DNA of 64,000 nt, taken from NCBI GenBank assembly GCA_963662665.2, contig CAXXJS010000061.1, positions 128,001 to 192,000 of the forward strand, in the 5' to 3' direction. Numbering within the stretch: the first letter of the stretch is position 1; the number at the start of each line of letters is the position of its first letter. Below, in pieces: positions 1 to 9,635 of the stretch. Made by a program: the position numbers and the translations under genes. Under the pieces are notes generated by a model. It saw only the letters and a list, made by a program, of their open reading frames with translations. It did not search any database and was not told the DNA's origin. The DNA is from Candidatus Latescibacterota bacterium. Lineage in GTDB: Bacteria > Latescibacterota > UBA2968 > GCA-2709665.

Positions 1-114
1 ATCGCTTTCTACGAGGCCGCGGGGTGGCGCCGCGATGGTGGCGTCCGGGATGGTGGGCGACAAATCCGCTTCAGGCGTGAATTCACGAATGGGTTCCCGG
101 AATGGAAACATTGA
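1..114 (+). CDS. GNAT acetyltransferase, 3' end only (runs off window start)
   Basis: Frame 1 reads IAFYEAAGWRRDG...FPEWKH*, a typical GNAT C-terminal A-x-x-FYxxxGW motif; stop at 112-114 overlaps the next gene. Confidence 0.6.
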   Translation: MAFYEAAGWRRDGGVRDGGRQIRFRREFTNGFPEWKH

Positions 115-653
115 CTGAACGCCTGCGCCTGAGGGAGTTCACCACGAATGACGTGGACGCCGTCGCCGAGTTCAGGAAGGACCCGAGGTACCTGGAATAT
201 TACTACCGGCCTCCTTACACGAGAGAAGAGTGCGTCCGCTTTGTAGACAAGTGCATCGCATGGTCCAGGGAAAATCCGAGGGCCAGATTCCAGCTGGCTA
301 TCACAGACCGATCGGGCGAGGTATTGCTCGGTAACTGCGGAGTGCGTACAGAAAGCATTGAGAGCCGACGAGGCGACGTCGGTTACGAGTTGTCGCCCGC
401 TTATTGGGGCCAGGGATTTGCGTCAGAGGCGGTCCGGGCCATCCTGCAGGTAGGTTTTGAAGATTTGAGGCTGGACGAGATCGAAGCGAGATGCGTTGTT
501 GCAAACAGACGTTCTGTCCGGCTTCTCCACCGGCTAGGCTTTAGGGAGGCGGAGCGCATACCGCCCGGACCGGGCAGAGACGAATTTGCAGACCGCATGT
601 TGCCCGAGCGGTGCGTATTCCTCCTGGATCGGGACAGATGGATTCACGGCTAA
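102..653 (+). CDS. RimJ/RimL-like GNAT N-acetyltransferase
   Basis: TERLRLREF N-terminus, VGYELSPAYWGQGFASEA acetyl-CoA motif, NRRSVRLLHRLGF. Confidence 0.9.
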   Translation: METLTERLRLREFTTNDVDAVAEFRKDPRYLEYYYRPPYTREECVRFVDKCIAWSRENPRARFQLAITDRSGEVLLGNCGVRTESIESRRGDVGYELSPAYWGQGFASEAVRAILQVGFEDLRLDEIEARCVVANRRSVRLLHRLGFREAERIPPGPGRDEFADRMLPERCVFLLDRDRWIHG

Positions 654-660
654 TCAGGTC

Positions 661-688
661 TTGACGCTTGATTTCGGTACAGTATTCT
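661..688 (+). promoter_or_regulatory. Putative sigma70 promoter
   Basis: TTGACG-N16-TATTCT upstream of a GAGG RBS and the ATG at 717. Confidence 0.4.
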
Positions 689-716
689 TTATCACCGCAA
701 TAGAGGTATTAAGTGC

Positions 717-1496
717 ATGCGAATCGCCATCATCTCCGATATCCACGGGAATATCGTGGCTTTTGAAGCAGTCTTGAACGATCTCAAAACAGAACACATC
801 GATCGCGTTGTGTGCCTGGGTGACGTCGTCTCCGGAGGTCCCCACCCCGGTGAGGTCATTGCCCAATTGAAAACGCTGAATTGTCCGGTTGTAATGGGCA
901 ACATGGACAATTGGTGTCTCGACCCACAACCAGGTGAAGGAAATAGCAAGAACGCCAAACGAGGAGATGAAGTTCAATTATGGGGTGTCCGTAAGCTATC
1001 GTCTGAAGATCTCAACTACATGCGCACGTTCCAGGCAACGGTCGAGGTACCTCTCGATGCAACTACCAGTTTTCTTTGCTTTCACGGTTCCCCACATTCC
1101 AATGAAGATGTAATCGTCTCAACCACTTCAGATGAGGAATTGGAACGCATGCTGTCTGGTTATCGCGCTATGGTATTGGTCGGGGGACACACGCACACGC
1201 AGATGATTCGTTATCACGCAGATAGCACGATAATCAATCCTGGAAGTGTTGGTGCTCCAATTCATGCGCACGAGCGCATACGCCGGGTTACTCAACGACC
1301 GTTGAGAGATATGCGCGATAGGGAATATCCTCCCTGGGCAGAATATGGAGTTATCGGTTGGGAGAACAGGAGCCTTCGCATCGAGTTACGTCGCGTGCCG
1401 ATTGATGTCGATCTGCTGGTGAAAGAGACGCACGAGAGTGGGATGCCACACGCCGATTGGTGGTTGAGTTCGCGGTATGGCGATTCGGTGAAATGA
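717..1496 (+). CDS. Metallophosphoesterase (calcineurin-like, YfcE-type)
   Basis: Motifs SDIHGN, CLGD, GNMD, FHGS, GHTH, NPGSVG. Confidence 0.92.
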   Translation: MRIAIISDIHGNIVAFEAVLNDLKTEHIDRVVCLGDVVSGGPHPGEVIAQLKTLNCPVVMGNMDNWCLDPQPGEGNSKNAKRGDEVQLWGVRKLSSEDLNYMRTFQATVEVPLDATTSFLCFHGSPHSNEDVIVSTTSDEELERMLSGYRAMVLVGGHTHTQMIRYHADSTIINPGSVGAPIHAHERIRRVTQRPLRDMRDREYPPWAEYGVIGWENRSLRIELRRVPIDVDLLVKETHESGMPHADWWLSSRYGDSVK

Positions 1497-1537
1497 GGCA
1501 TCGGTGGAGACTACAATCTTAGCTGGGAGGAAAATCT

Positions 1538-1906
1538 GTGAGCGTACATCGAATCACCGCGATGGTTCCAATAACGGATCTGGATCAGGCCATTGCCTTC
1601 TACACGCGGGGTCTCGGTCTGCGGGTCGTTCGCCGCAGGGATGATTGGGGTCACGCCGTGCTTGAAGGTGAACATGGTTGCCAGGTGATGATTGACCGTT
1701 CGACACGAACGGAATCGAACGCCTCGACTGTCGTCTATTACTATACGTCCAATATTGAAACCGTACGGGACCGCTTGATCGCCGCCGGATTCGACCCTGA
1801 CCCCATCGGCGTAACTTTTTACGACATGAAGGAATTCAGAGTGCGGGATCCCGATGGGAATCGGGTCTGGGTCGGGGCGCGTGCCCGTCCTGAGAAGCGT
1901 TCTTGA
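1538..1906 (+). CDS. VOC/glyoxalase/bleomycin-resistance family protein
   Basis: DLDQAIAFYTRGLG and EFRVRDPDGN motifs; GGGAGG RBS before the GTG start. Confidence 0.9.
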   Translation: MSVHRITAMVPITDLDQAIAFYTRGLGLRVVRRRDDWGHAVLEGEHGCQVMIDRSTRTESNASTVVYYYTSNIETVRDRLIAAGFDPDPIGVTFYDMKEFRVRDPDGNRVWVGARARPEKRS

Positions 1907-1969
1907 GACTGTTCCGGGATCCAATCGAAATACGATCCACCATGATGGACCACGGAATACAAGTTTTAG

Positions 1970-2160
1970 CCCCAATTCAAAAAAAACAGCAGCACGGCGA
2001 CGCGACGAAAACCCCTGAAACGGGGCGTAACGGTCGTCAAGAAGGACGTTTTTTCAGTTCACGTCCAGTGACTTGGTGTATCCTGGTAATCCGAAGTCAA
2101 ATCGCCTTTATCTACTTGCATATATTCGGTTTTACTTCCCCGAAGAATTGCGAATCAAGG
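1970..2160. mobile_element. MITE family A, copy 1 (191 bp)
   Basis: CCCCAATTC...GAATCAAGG imperfect terminal inverted repeats; TTAG on both flanks (1966-1969, 2161-2164); near-identical copies elsewhere in the window. Confidence 0.85.
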
Positions 2161-2191
2161 TTAGGAATCGACTAACGAAAGGAATAACTCC

Positions 2192-3094
2192 ATGAGCAAT
2201 CACATCGTCGTATCGAGCATTTCGTACGCCCCGATCAGTGGTGATGACGAGAAGGTGATGAAGCAGACCCACAAGGACCTGAAGGACCTGGTGGGGCAGG
2301 TCGCCCGGGCGACCACGCCCGATCTGGTCGTCCTTCCGGAGACCATCTGTCGGACGTGTGACGAGGACGTGCCGGAGGGGCCGACGACACAACTGCTGGC
2401 CGGCCTGGCAAGGGAGTATAACTGCTATATTACCGTGCCGGTCCATGAGAAGGAACGCAAGAGCGGGGCGATCTTCAACGTTCTCGGGCTTCTCGACAGG
2501 CAGGGGGAACTGGCAGGAGTCTACCGCAAGTACATTCCGGTCTACCCGGAATTCGACCACGGCACCCGTCCGGGTCCGGGCGCAACCCTGATCCGCACCG
2601 AATTCGGGCCGGTGGGCGGGGTGATCTGCTTCGATCTGAATTTCGGTGAACTGCGGGCGCAGTACAAGAAGCTCAAGCCGAAACTGCTGCTTTTCAGTTC
2701 CATGTATCACGGCGGGCTGGTGCAGAACTTCTGGGCGCTGGACGTGCAGGCCTACTTCGTCGGCTCGGTGTACAGGGGGACGCCCTGCACCATTATCGAT
2801 CCGCAGGGTACCACCCTGGATACGAGCAATAACTACCGGAGTTGGGCCTCCGCACGCATCAATCTGGACTTTGAAGTCGTGCATCTCGACAAGAATCGGG
2901 CCCGGTTCGACGATATCCATCGAAAGTACGGCGAGGCCGTACGCATCGTCACCACCGGGGAGGTGGGCACTTCGGTGATTTACAGCGAGACGCCGGAACG
3001 CACCGCGGCCGACATTGTCGATGAATTCGAGCTCGTGCGGCTGTACGATTATTTCGAGTGGTCACGGGAACTGAGGACGGAACATCTAAAGTGA
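2192..3094 (+). CDS. Carbon-nitrogen hydrolase (nitrilase superfamily)
   Basis: Catalytic E-K-C contexts LVVLPE, YRK, ICFD; AAAGGA RBS. Confidence 0.9.
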   Translation: MSNHIVVSSISYAPISGDDEKVMKQTHKDLKDLVGQVARATTPDLVVLPETICRTCDEDVPEGPTTQLLAGLAREYNCYITVPVHEKERKSGAIFNVLGLLDRQGELAGVYRKYIPVYPEFDHGTRPGPGATLIRTEFGPVGGVICFDLNFGELRAQYKKLKPKLLLFSSMYHGGLVQNFWALDVQAYFVGSVYRGTPCTIIDPQGTTLDTSNNYRSWASARINLDFEVVHLDKNRARFDDIHRKYGEAVRIVTTGEVGTSVIYSETPERTAADIVDEFELVRLYDYFEWSRELRTEHLK

Positions 3095-3130
3095 GCATTG
3101 CGATGCACGCCATCGGAGACCGGTAAGTCA

Positions 3131-3350
3131 ATGCAAGTCACGTTTCTCGGAACATCCGCGGCGCCTTCGCTTTCGGCGAAGCGGGCTTCTCAAGGACAAT
3201 GCACGGGTCTACGCGACGCACCTTTCACACGAGGGATACCTGGAACACGACGAATTGGACAGGTACGCCGCCGACCATGGATACAGAGTCGCGTTCGACG
3301 GATTGGCGCTGACTATCGATGGGTGAGATCAGTACAAGCAGCACAAACAG
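3131..3350 (+). pseudogene. 5' fragment of a metallo-beta-lactamase-fold hydrolase (RNase Z/PhnP-like start)
   Basis: MQVTFLGTSAAPS is a typical N-terminus; no HxHxDH motif follows and the frame runs into a repeat. Confidence 0.45.
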
Positions 3351-3354
3351 GGCA

Positions 3355-3456
3355 AGTGCTCAGGAACCGGCTCGGCTTCTGCGACTCCCCCTCAAGGGGG
3401 GAGTAATCGCAACGTCAACAGGCTCGCGTTCATTTCCGCATGTTTGGTTGCGGCTG
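3355..3456 (-). repeat. Composite hairpin repeat family B, partial inverted copy
   Basis: Reverse complement has CAGCCGCAACCAAA followed by the ACTCCCC-TTGA-GGGGGAGT hairpin and CGCAGAAGCCGAGCCGG, as at ~10998-11090 and ~57021-57113. Confidence 0.8.
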
Positions 3457-3493
3457 GACAACACGACAGCCGGTTGAGGCTGGAACGGATACC

Positions 3494-4585
3494 ATGGAAA
3501 CCATTCGCCCCATTCGCGAGTCGGAACTCGAGGAACTCCTCGACCTGCTCTGCCTCGTGCACAACCCCAAAGGCCGCGAGCGGTACCGGCGCTACATCAA
3601 AGGCGATCCGACGTGGCGTACGTCACAGACACCGGTTGTCGTGGTCGACGGCCGGATCGTGTCGACGCTTCGGATCTGGGACCGCCGGGTCCACGTTGGC
3701 GCCACGCCCTTCCGCATGGGCGGTATCGGCGGTGTCACCACCCATCCGGACTACCGGAAACGCGGCATCGCCACGCGGCTGATGGCGCACGCGGCGGAGT
3801 ACATGCGTGACGATGGATTCGACCTGGGGCTGCTGTTCTCAGCGATCCCGGCACGCTTTTACCTGCGTCTCGGGTGGTGCTGCGTGCCGCTGACGGGTTT
3901 TCGGGCCGAGTTGCGCAGTGCTCCGAAGCGCGAGCGGTCGGCACGCGAAGTTCTGCCTTTCGATGAGACTCGCGACCTGGAGGAGACGGTCGCGCTCTAC
4001 CAGCGGCACAACGCCGGCCGCAGCGGCAGCATGTTGCGTCCGCGTCCCTACTGGGACTACGGTCCCTCCCGCGTGCGGGGCGTGCTGCCCGCGACCGTCG
4101 TCCGCAGCCCGGATGGTCTGTGTGGATACATCAACTGGGAAGCGAACGGCGACGGAGTCGAGGTGTACGAGGTTGCATACGACAACGGCACGTCCCTGGA
4201 TGCTCTTGTGCAGTGCGTGCTTGACACGTGCGCGGATGCCGGTGTGACGCGAATAAGCGGAGCGATCCCCCACAGCCATCCCTTTGTGGACGCGCTGGTC
4301 GCAGCCGCTGACGCGGACCTGGAAATCACGGGCGACAACTCGATGATGGTGCTGCCCTTCGAGCTCGGTTCGCTCGTCGGCAGGGCCGTGCCTGAAGCCG
4401 CGGAATTGGCTGGCAGGCTGCCGGTCGATCTGATGTGCCGGCTCCTCTTTGGCGAGACGTCCGGCAGCGATCTGGGATCCATCCTTCGCGCCCGCGGCAT
4501 CTCACTGTCGACCGAAGAAGCCCGCCAACTCGACGAGGGGTTCCCCCGCCGCGAGGTCATCTTCTGGGCGCCGGACCATTTCTGA
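3494..4585 (+). CDS. Eis-like multi-domain GNAT acetyltransferase
   Basis: MGGIGGVTTHPDYRKRGIATRLM, FYLRLGW, then a second GNAT-like domain. Confidence 0.88.
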   Translation: METIRPIRESELEELLDLLCLVHNPKGRERYRRYIKGDPTWRTSQTPVVVVDGRIVSTLRIWDRRVHVGATPFRMGGIGGVTTHPDYRKRGIATRLMAHAAEYMRDDGFDLGLLFSAIPARFYLRLGWCCVPLTGFRAELRSAPKRERSAREVLPFDETRDLEETVALYQRHNAGRSGSMLRPRPYWDYGPSRVRGVLPATVVRSPDGLCGYINWEANGDGVEVYEVAYDNGTSLDALVQCVLDTCADAGVTRISGAIPHSHPFVDALVAAADADLEITGDNSMMVLPFELGSLVGRAVPEAAELAGRLPVDLMCRLLFGETSGSDLGSILRARGISLSTEEARQLDEGFPRREVIFWAPDHF

Positions 4586-4676
4586 TGCCCGGGTGGCCAT
4601 CTCGCCAAAGACACCGGACCGGGTCATCCGATACGAGCGGCGCTCGTTGTGAATAGGATCAATTGCCATCACACCT

Positions 4677-4815
4677 GTTCAAAATCGGCTGCGTTCTTGG
4701 GGACAGCAGTGGCCCAAAGAAGGTGACCTGTATTGGCGCCACGTAACGACTTTCAAGAAAACCAGGTACTTATGCGTTCAAAATCGTCATTTCTAAATTA
4801 TCTTGGACAGCAGTG
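4677..4815. repeat. Two direct copies of GTTCAAAATCG...GGACAGCAGTG, possible IS-end relics
   Basis: GTTCAAAATCG at 4677 and 4776; GGACAGCAGTG at 4701 and 4805. Confidence 0.45.
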
Positions 4816-4861
4816 AATTGGCATATTGAATCAAGATTCGATTGACATGTGGGGGATTCTG

Positions 4862-5209
4862 ATGATTGTCAGATCCGAGGCTGCAAAAGAGGTCACATTC
4901 GAAGGTCTTAAGGTTCGAGACTATACCCCATGTCACGACCACAGTTCTTCATTGGCCACGGTCGAGGTACCACCGGGGATGCAGCACCGGAAAGCGCGGA
5001 CAACGCGTTCAGACAAATACTACTTTGTGATGGATGGAATCGTACGTTTCACTTTGGGTTCCAGCGAACACCAACTCGAAGCGGGAGACTTCTGTTTGGT
5101 GCCGAAAGGAATCCACTTCAAGTACAGCAATGACACTTCAGTGAAGGCGGTCTTGCTGTTGGTCCATACCCCCAGCTTTGATCTGTCGGCGGAGGTTTTC
5201 GAGGATTGA
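4862..5209 (+). CDS. Cupin domain protein
   Basis: SLATVEVPPG...H, YYFVMDG, LEAGDFCLVPKGIHF. Confidence 0.85.
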   Translation: MIVRSEAAKEVTFEGLKVRDYTPCHDHSSSLATVEVPPGMQHRKARTTRSDKYYFVMDGIVRFTLGSSEHQLEAGDFCLVPKGIHFKYSNDTSVKAVLLLVHTPSFDLSAEVFED

Positions 5210-5418
5210 ACCCCTTGTCCATACCGAACTTTTTTGTGGCATCATCCGCTGCGATTCTGCATTGGTATTCCTTTTGGATGGCATATAGAGTGAAACGCTG
5301 CGTTACATTCGTATGTGCAGCATAGTCGCATCCGCGCATCATTTTCAATCTGCTTCGCAGCTTTGCAACAGGAGGCTCTGTAATCGAAGTGCGGGCCGGG
5401 CCGGACGGGAGTACAGGT

Positions 5419-6351
5419 GTGGAAATCTTCGACCATGGACGTGTATCCCGATCCGACGCGGTCTTGCGGAGGATTCTTGACGCCGTTAACCGGACGGAAG
5501 AGATCACTTCGATCGCCAGCGACATCGAGCTATTCGTCCAGGAATACGGATTGATCGCGGCCCATCTCCGAGGGTTGCACCTGGAGACCGGGCTTGTCGT
5601 CATTGTCAAGGTCGGCACGAGCGCGCGCGAGAACTTCTGGTGCCGGGAACTCCATCGCCATTGCCCCGACCTGGTCCCACGAGTATATGCCGTGGGATCC
5701 CGCATTGGGGATATCGACGTCCACTGGATCGCATTGGAAGCCATCCCGTATGGGCCTCTCGGGGATTCCTGGAACGGCAGGGAGTTCGAGTTGATGCTCG
5801 ACGCGGGGATTCGGTTCTATCGACACGCGAGGCTGATCGATGACCCCACGCTGGGCGTCACGACGCGGGGCGAAGTTTTCGGCTGGCTTGAGGGCGCAGT
5901 CCGGCAGCGTTGTCCGGGCGCGGTCGATATGCTTCTATCGAGACTCGACGACCATTGGGAGTTTATCCTCGCGAAGTGTGGATCCGAAACCTGCTTCGAA
6001 GACTTCCACCTGTGCAACGGATTGATGAGAGATCCGCCTCCCGACGGTGACCGCGCGGTCCTGATCGATATCCATCCGAATTGCCGCCCGTGGATCCTGG
6101 ATCCGGCATATCTCCAGGTCCTGAATTCTGGAGACAGGAATCGGCCCGGTAACAGGGACCTCGTCCCCAGAATGGCCGCCAAACGCCGCGACGCGGAACT
6201 CGCGAGCCTTGAGGGATCCGACCTGGATGCCGCAACGAAAATTGCCCTGGGTTGGATGGCCGCCCGTCAGTGGCGACCTGACCTGGTGGATTCGCAACCC
6301 CGTTACCGCGACGCATTTCAAGAGTTCATTGACAGCGCCGCAGAAGTGTGA
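5419..6351 (+). CDS. Aminoglycoside/choline phosphotransferase-like (APH fold) protein
   Basis: VIVKVG lysine, FEDFHLCN catalytic-loop-like motif, VLID; start codon uncertain (5389 or 5419). Confidence 0.65.
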   Translation: MEIFDHGRVSRSDAVLRRILDAVNRTEEITSIASDIELFVQEYGLIAAHLRGLHLETGLVVIVKVGTSARENFWCRELHRHCPDLVPRVYAVGSRIGDIDVHWIALEAIPYGPLGDSWNGREFELMLDAGIRFYRHARLIDDPTLGVTTRGEVFGWLEGAVRQRCPGAVDMLLSRLDDHWEFILAKCGSETCFEDFHLCNGLMRDPPPDGDRAVLIDIHPNCRPWILDPAYLQVLNSGDRNRPGNRDLVPRMAAKRRDAELASLEGSDLDAATKIALGWMAARQWRPDLVDSQPRYRDAFQEFIDSAAEV

Positions 6352-6357
6352 ACGACA

Positions 6358-7227
6358 ATGCCGTATACATCCATGAACGGCTTCAGGATGTACTTCGACG
6401 TGCGGGGCGAGGGAGATGTCATCGCGTTCGTCCACGGGGGATTTCCTTCGCTCGATATGCATCTCCGCGCGGATGCGACCGGTGCATGGGGGTGGGAGAT
6501 GGACTTCGCGTCGGAATTCAGGTATGTGATGTACGATCGGCGGGGTTGCTGGCTGTCATCCCGTCCGGAGTCGGGCTATGACCTTGAGAACCAGGCACGT
6601 GACCTGGCCGAACTGCTGGACCACCTCAATATCGAAAGCGCGCACGTCATCGGTTCCTCCGCCGGAGGTCCGATTGCGATCCTTTTTGCAACGCAATACC
6701 CCGAGCGAGTCAGGACACTCGTCTTGGCCGGGACCGCGGCGCATCTCTGGCCGGATGACGACACGATTACCGGTATTGTCAAGAATCAGTTGGCAATACT
6801 TAATAAACAGGGTGATATATCGGCATGGAAGAACCGGCCGGATGGCGTCGAACTTTCTCTCGACGTTCTCTGGGAACGCGACGAGATGGAGGAGCGGGGA
6901 GCCCTGGCGGAATACGAGGAGCGAGTCAAAAAGCTTGTGGCGAAATCCAGCTTCCAGGAACGCGTTGAGTGGTACGGTACCCAGTTGAAATCTATTGACG
7001 CGTACCTTGACAGAGATTTAACCGTCGAATGCGGCCGCATATCGGCGCCAACGCTTGTGGTGCACGGAGCCAGAGATCGCGAAGTGCCTGTGGATTGGGG
7101 CAGGGAACTGGCAGCGAAGATTCCCGGCGCTGAATTCCGGGTGTATCCGGATAAACCACACAGCGTGGTCCACGGAAGCAAGAGCGTTCGCGAAGATCTG
7201 CTGGCGTTTTTCCGCAAGGCAGGCTGA
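6358..7227 (+). CDS. Alpha/beta-fold hydrolase
   Basis: FVHGG, YDRRGC, GSSAGG nucleophile elbow, HGARD, C-terminal His. Confidence 0.92.
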   Translation: MPYTSMNGFRMYFDVRGEGDVIAFVHGGFPSLDMHLRADATGAWGWEMDFASEFRYVMYDRRGCWLSSRPESGYDLENQARDLAELLDHLNIESAHVIGSSAGGPIAILFATQYPERVRTLVLAGTAAHLWPDDDTITGIVKNQLAILNKQGDISAWKNRPDGVELSLDVLWERDEMEERGALAEYEERVKKLVAKSSFQERVEWYGTQLKSIDAYLDRDLTVECGRISAPTLVVHGARDREVPVDWGRELAAKIPGAEFRVYPDKPHSVVHGSKSVREDLLAFFRKAG

Positions 7228-7264
7228 AGACGCCAACACCATAATACAGTTGAGGGATGAGCGA

Positions 7265-7810
7265 ATGGCTGCAAGAGTTGTTGAACATCGACGACACTCG
7301 ATGAGGACGAAACCAGGCCAGCATCTTTCTCAGGCCGGTGTCGACCTCGCCAGGAGCGTGGGGGAGGGGATGACCGCATTCGCTAAAGTGTACACGAGTA
7401 CCATCCCCCGCGCATTCGAAACCGGTATTGCCATGGGATATGCGGTCGACCATCAGGTCGAACTGCTCGCTTCCATGCCTTCGGACGCGGAGATCTCTTT
7501 CGATGAGGGATTTGACGGATTCTCTGCCTATATTCGTCAACATCCAAACTGTGTCGTCGCGAACTTCGCCAGAAAACTGGCCGCGTTTCACCTGGACGTC
7601 GCCCGGTCGCTCCCGGACGGCGGCCAGGCACTGATTATTTCTCACGGGGGATTCATCGAAGCCAGTGCGGTCGGTTGCCTGCCCGACGCGGACCACGGTG
7701 TCTGGGGGCCTTCCTGCAACTACTGCGAAGGGGTCAGGTTGACGTACGACGAAGGGGTGTTCACGGAGTGCGATATTCTCCGGGTCCCTGGCACCGTCCT
7801 TCTGAACTGA
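7265..7810 (+). CDS. Histidine phosphatase (phosphoglycerate mutase-like) family protein
   Basis: RRHS catalytic motif, YTSTIPRAFET, ISHGG. Confidence 0.8.
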   Translation: MAARVVEHRRHSMRTKPGQHLSQAGVDLARSVGEGMTAFAKVYTSTIPRAFETGIAMGYAVDHQVELLASMPSDAEISFDEGFDGFSAYIRQHPNCVVANFARKLAAFHLDVARSLPDGGQALIISHGGFIEASAVGCLPDADHGVWGPSCNYCEGVRLTYDEGVFTECDILRVPGTVLLN

Positions 7811-7855
7811 CCGTCCAATGAGATTTATCCATGGACGGTCTTCCGCGAGGACCTC

Positions 7856-8914
7856 ATGAGCCCGACGAAAGTCGCCGTGATCGGGTGCGGTCAGATCGCA
7901 ACCACACAACATCTGCCGGCCTACAGAGAGGCAGCACATGCCGGGGTCTGCTCGCTTGTGGGCGTATGCGATCTGGATCCCATCCGGCTGTCGCGCGCCA
8001 GCAGGCAGTTTAAAGTCGCCGGATTTCAGGACGCGGAAGCGATGCTTGAAAAGACAAAGCCCGACGTCGTAAGTATCGCCACGCTGCCTTCGAGTCATCG
8101 AGATCTCGCGGTAATGTGCCTGGAGGCGGGATGTCACGTCCTGTGCGAGAAGCCCGTGGCGATGGACGCGGGCGAGGCCCGGGACATGGTCCGCGCCGCC
8201 GAAACAAACGACCGGCTGCTGAGTATCTGCTTCGAATACCGGACCTGGGACGAGTCTCGGTACCTGAGAAACCGAATTGCAGAGGGCGTCCTGGGTCACG
8301 TGCACGCCGTTCGGACGTGGGGAGGGTGTGCTTCCGGACTGCCGGGGATAGCATACAGTCCGGTTGGATTAACCGGCGGCGGCGTTCTCGCGCACTGGAC
8401 GATCCACAACCTTGATCTCGTGCTCTGGCTGCTCGGCAATCCCGAACCGCTGACCGCCAGCGCATTCTGCCATCAGCGGGTGTCCGAATACCCGCCGGCA
8501 GCCGGACACCTGTCAGACGACGTCGATCCAGCGTCGATCGATCCCGATTTCGAAGACTTCGGCGCAGGTTTCATTCGACTGTCCGGAAACACCATCCTGA
8601 CCGTGGAAGGAAATTTTCTTCAGGCGCCCTCTGACAGGCATGAGGGTTGGGAATTTCTCGGAAGCCGGGGTAACGCGTCCATCTCACCACTCAGAATCCG
8701 GACCGACGACGGAGGATCGTGGCGTGAAGAGACCCCCGACTTGAAGCCTTGCGACTACGATATGAGGCAGCTGATCAACGAATTCCTGGGCGCCGTGCGT
8801 CAGGGTGAGGCGTCTCCCGTTTCGGGCGTGGAAATCATTCGAATTCAGCGGCTCATGGACGCGCTCTACGCTTCGGCGTCATGCGGGCATGAAGTTGCTG
8901 TCGCGAGAGCCTGA
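7856..8914 (+). CDS. Gfo/Idh/MocA family oxidoreductase
   Basis: VAVIGCGQIA Rossmann motif, HVLCEKP, GGGVL..WTIHNLD. Confidence 0.93.
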   Translation: MSPTKVAVIGCGQIATTQHLPAYREAAHAGVCSLVGVCDLDPIRLSRASRQFKVAGFQDAEAMLEKTKPDVVSIATLPSSHRDLAVMCLEAGCHVLCEKPVAMDAGEARDMVRAAETNDRLLSICFEYRTWDESRYLRNRIAEGVLGHVHAVRTWGGCASGLPGIAYSPVGLTGGGVLAHWTIHNLDLVLWLLGNPEPLTASAFCHQRVSEYPPAAGHLSDDVDPASIDPDFEDFGAGFIRLSGNTILTVEGNFLQAPSDRHEGWEFLGSRGNASISPLRIRTDDGGSWREETPDLKPCDYDMRQLINEFLGAVRQGEASPVSGVEIIRIQRLMDALYASASCGHEVAVARA

Positions 8915-8935
8915 GACATCAGGAGAACACACACG

Positions 8936-9544
8936 ATGGGGCTTGTCTACATCGAGTACATCAGCCGTCTGCCAGGCATCGATCTGGAGACCTTTCGCGC
9001 ACAGGCCGCACAGGGACAGGAGGGGTGGGACAGCGGGTATGAGGACGAGATGGTCCTGTCAATCGGCCGCACGTGGCGATTGGGGCCCAACCCGGGCTAC
9101 ATGACCGTCTGGCATACGCGGAGCGCCGGCCTTGAGAGGATAGACGCGTGGGACCGGATCTTTCGCAGCGGCGAGGCGGACGACCTGGAACAGCCTTTCT
9201 TTCAGGTCGCACGGATCGACGTGGCCGGCTGCTACGACCCGTTGCTCGAACCGGTCCCGGCCCGCAAGGGTACGTACTACGCCGAGTTTTTCGGCTCCCG
9301 CGACACCACGGATACCGTCAGAAGCTTCTTCAGGAGCCGTGCAAAACAGCATCCTGAATTCACGCTCAATCTCCTCGTACAGAGAATAGGGAAGCTGGCG
9401 CCCGAGCCCGGCGGCCTGGCCGTCTGGACCGTCCCCAATTTCGCAGCGCTGGATTCCATCGCAACCGAGTTGGACGAACCGGACATCCCGATCAGCCTCT
9501 CCGCCGCCGGGACCTATGCGGACTTCGGCAGTGAGATCCTTTGA
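8936..9544 (+). CDS. Hypothetical protein with internal tandem duplication (dimeric alpha+beta barrel-like)
   Basis: AGGAG RBS; the two halves share YxE[YF]...R..[RK]L[GA]PxPG...VW...AGxY. Confidence 0.7.
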   Translation: MGLVYIEYISRLPGIDLETFRAQAAQGQEGWDSGYEDEMVLSIGRTWRLGPNPGYMTVWHTRSAGLERIDAWDRIFRSGEADDLEQPFFQVARIDVAGCYDPLLEPVPARKGTYYAEFFGSRDTTDTVRSFFRSRAKQHPEFTLNLLVQRIGKLAPEPGGLAVWTVPNFAALDSIATELDEPDIPISLSAAGTYADFGSEIL

Positions 9545-9635
9545 GAAGCTTGCTGGCGCGGCCTGTAGCGAGCCATTCCATTAGGTCCGCGGTATCAAGG
9601 GTGCGTACCTGGAACATAACATCGGACCGCAATCG

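Noticed and set aside
1970-2166. MITE A as an integron attC site (right junctions read GTTAGGA, GTTAGAC, GTTAAAC, similar to GTTRRRY)
   Set aside because: There is no complementary RYYYAAC box at the left end, it is longer than typical attC sites, and the TTRR is explained by a target duplication present on both flanks.
5355-5380. TTTGCAACAGGAGGCTC as an IS5/IS1182-like terminal repeat
   Set aside because: Single occurrence, with no partner end or transposase remnant recognised.
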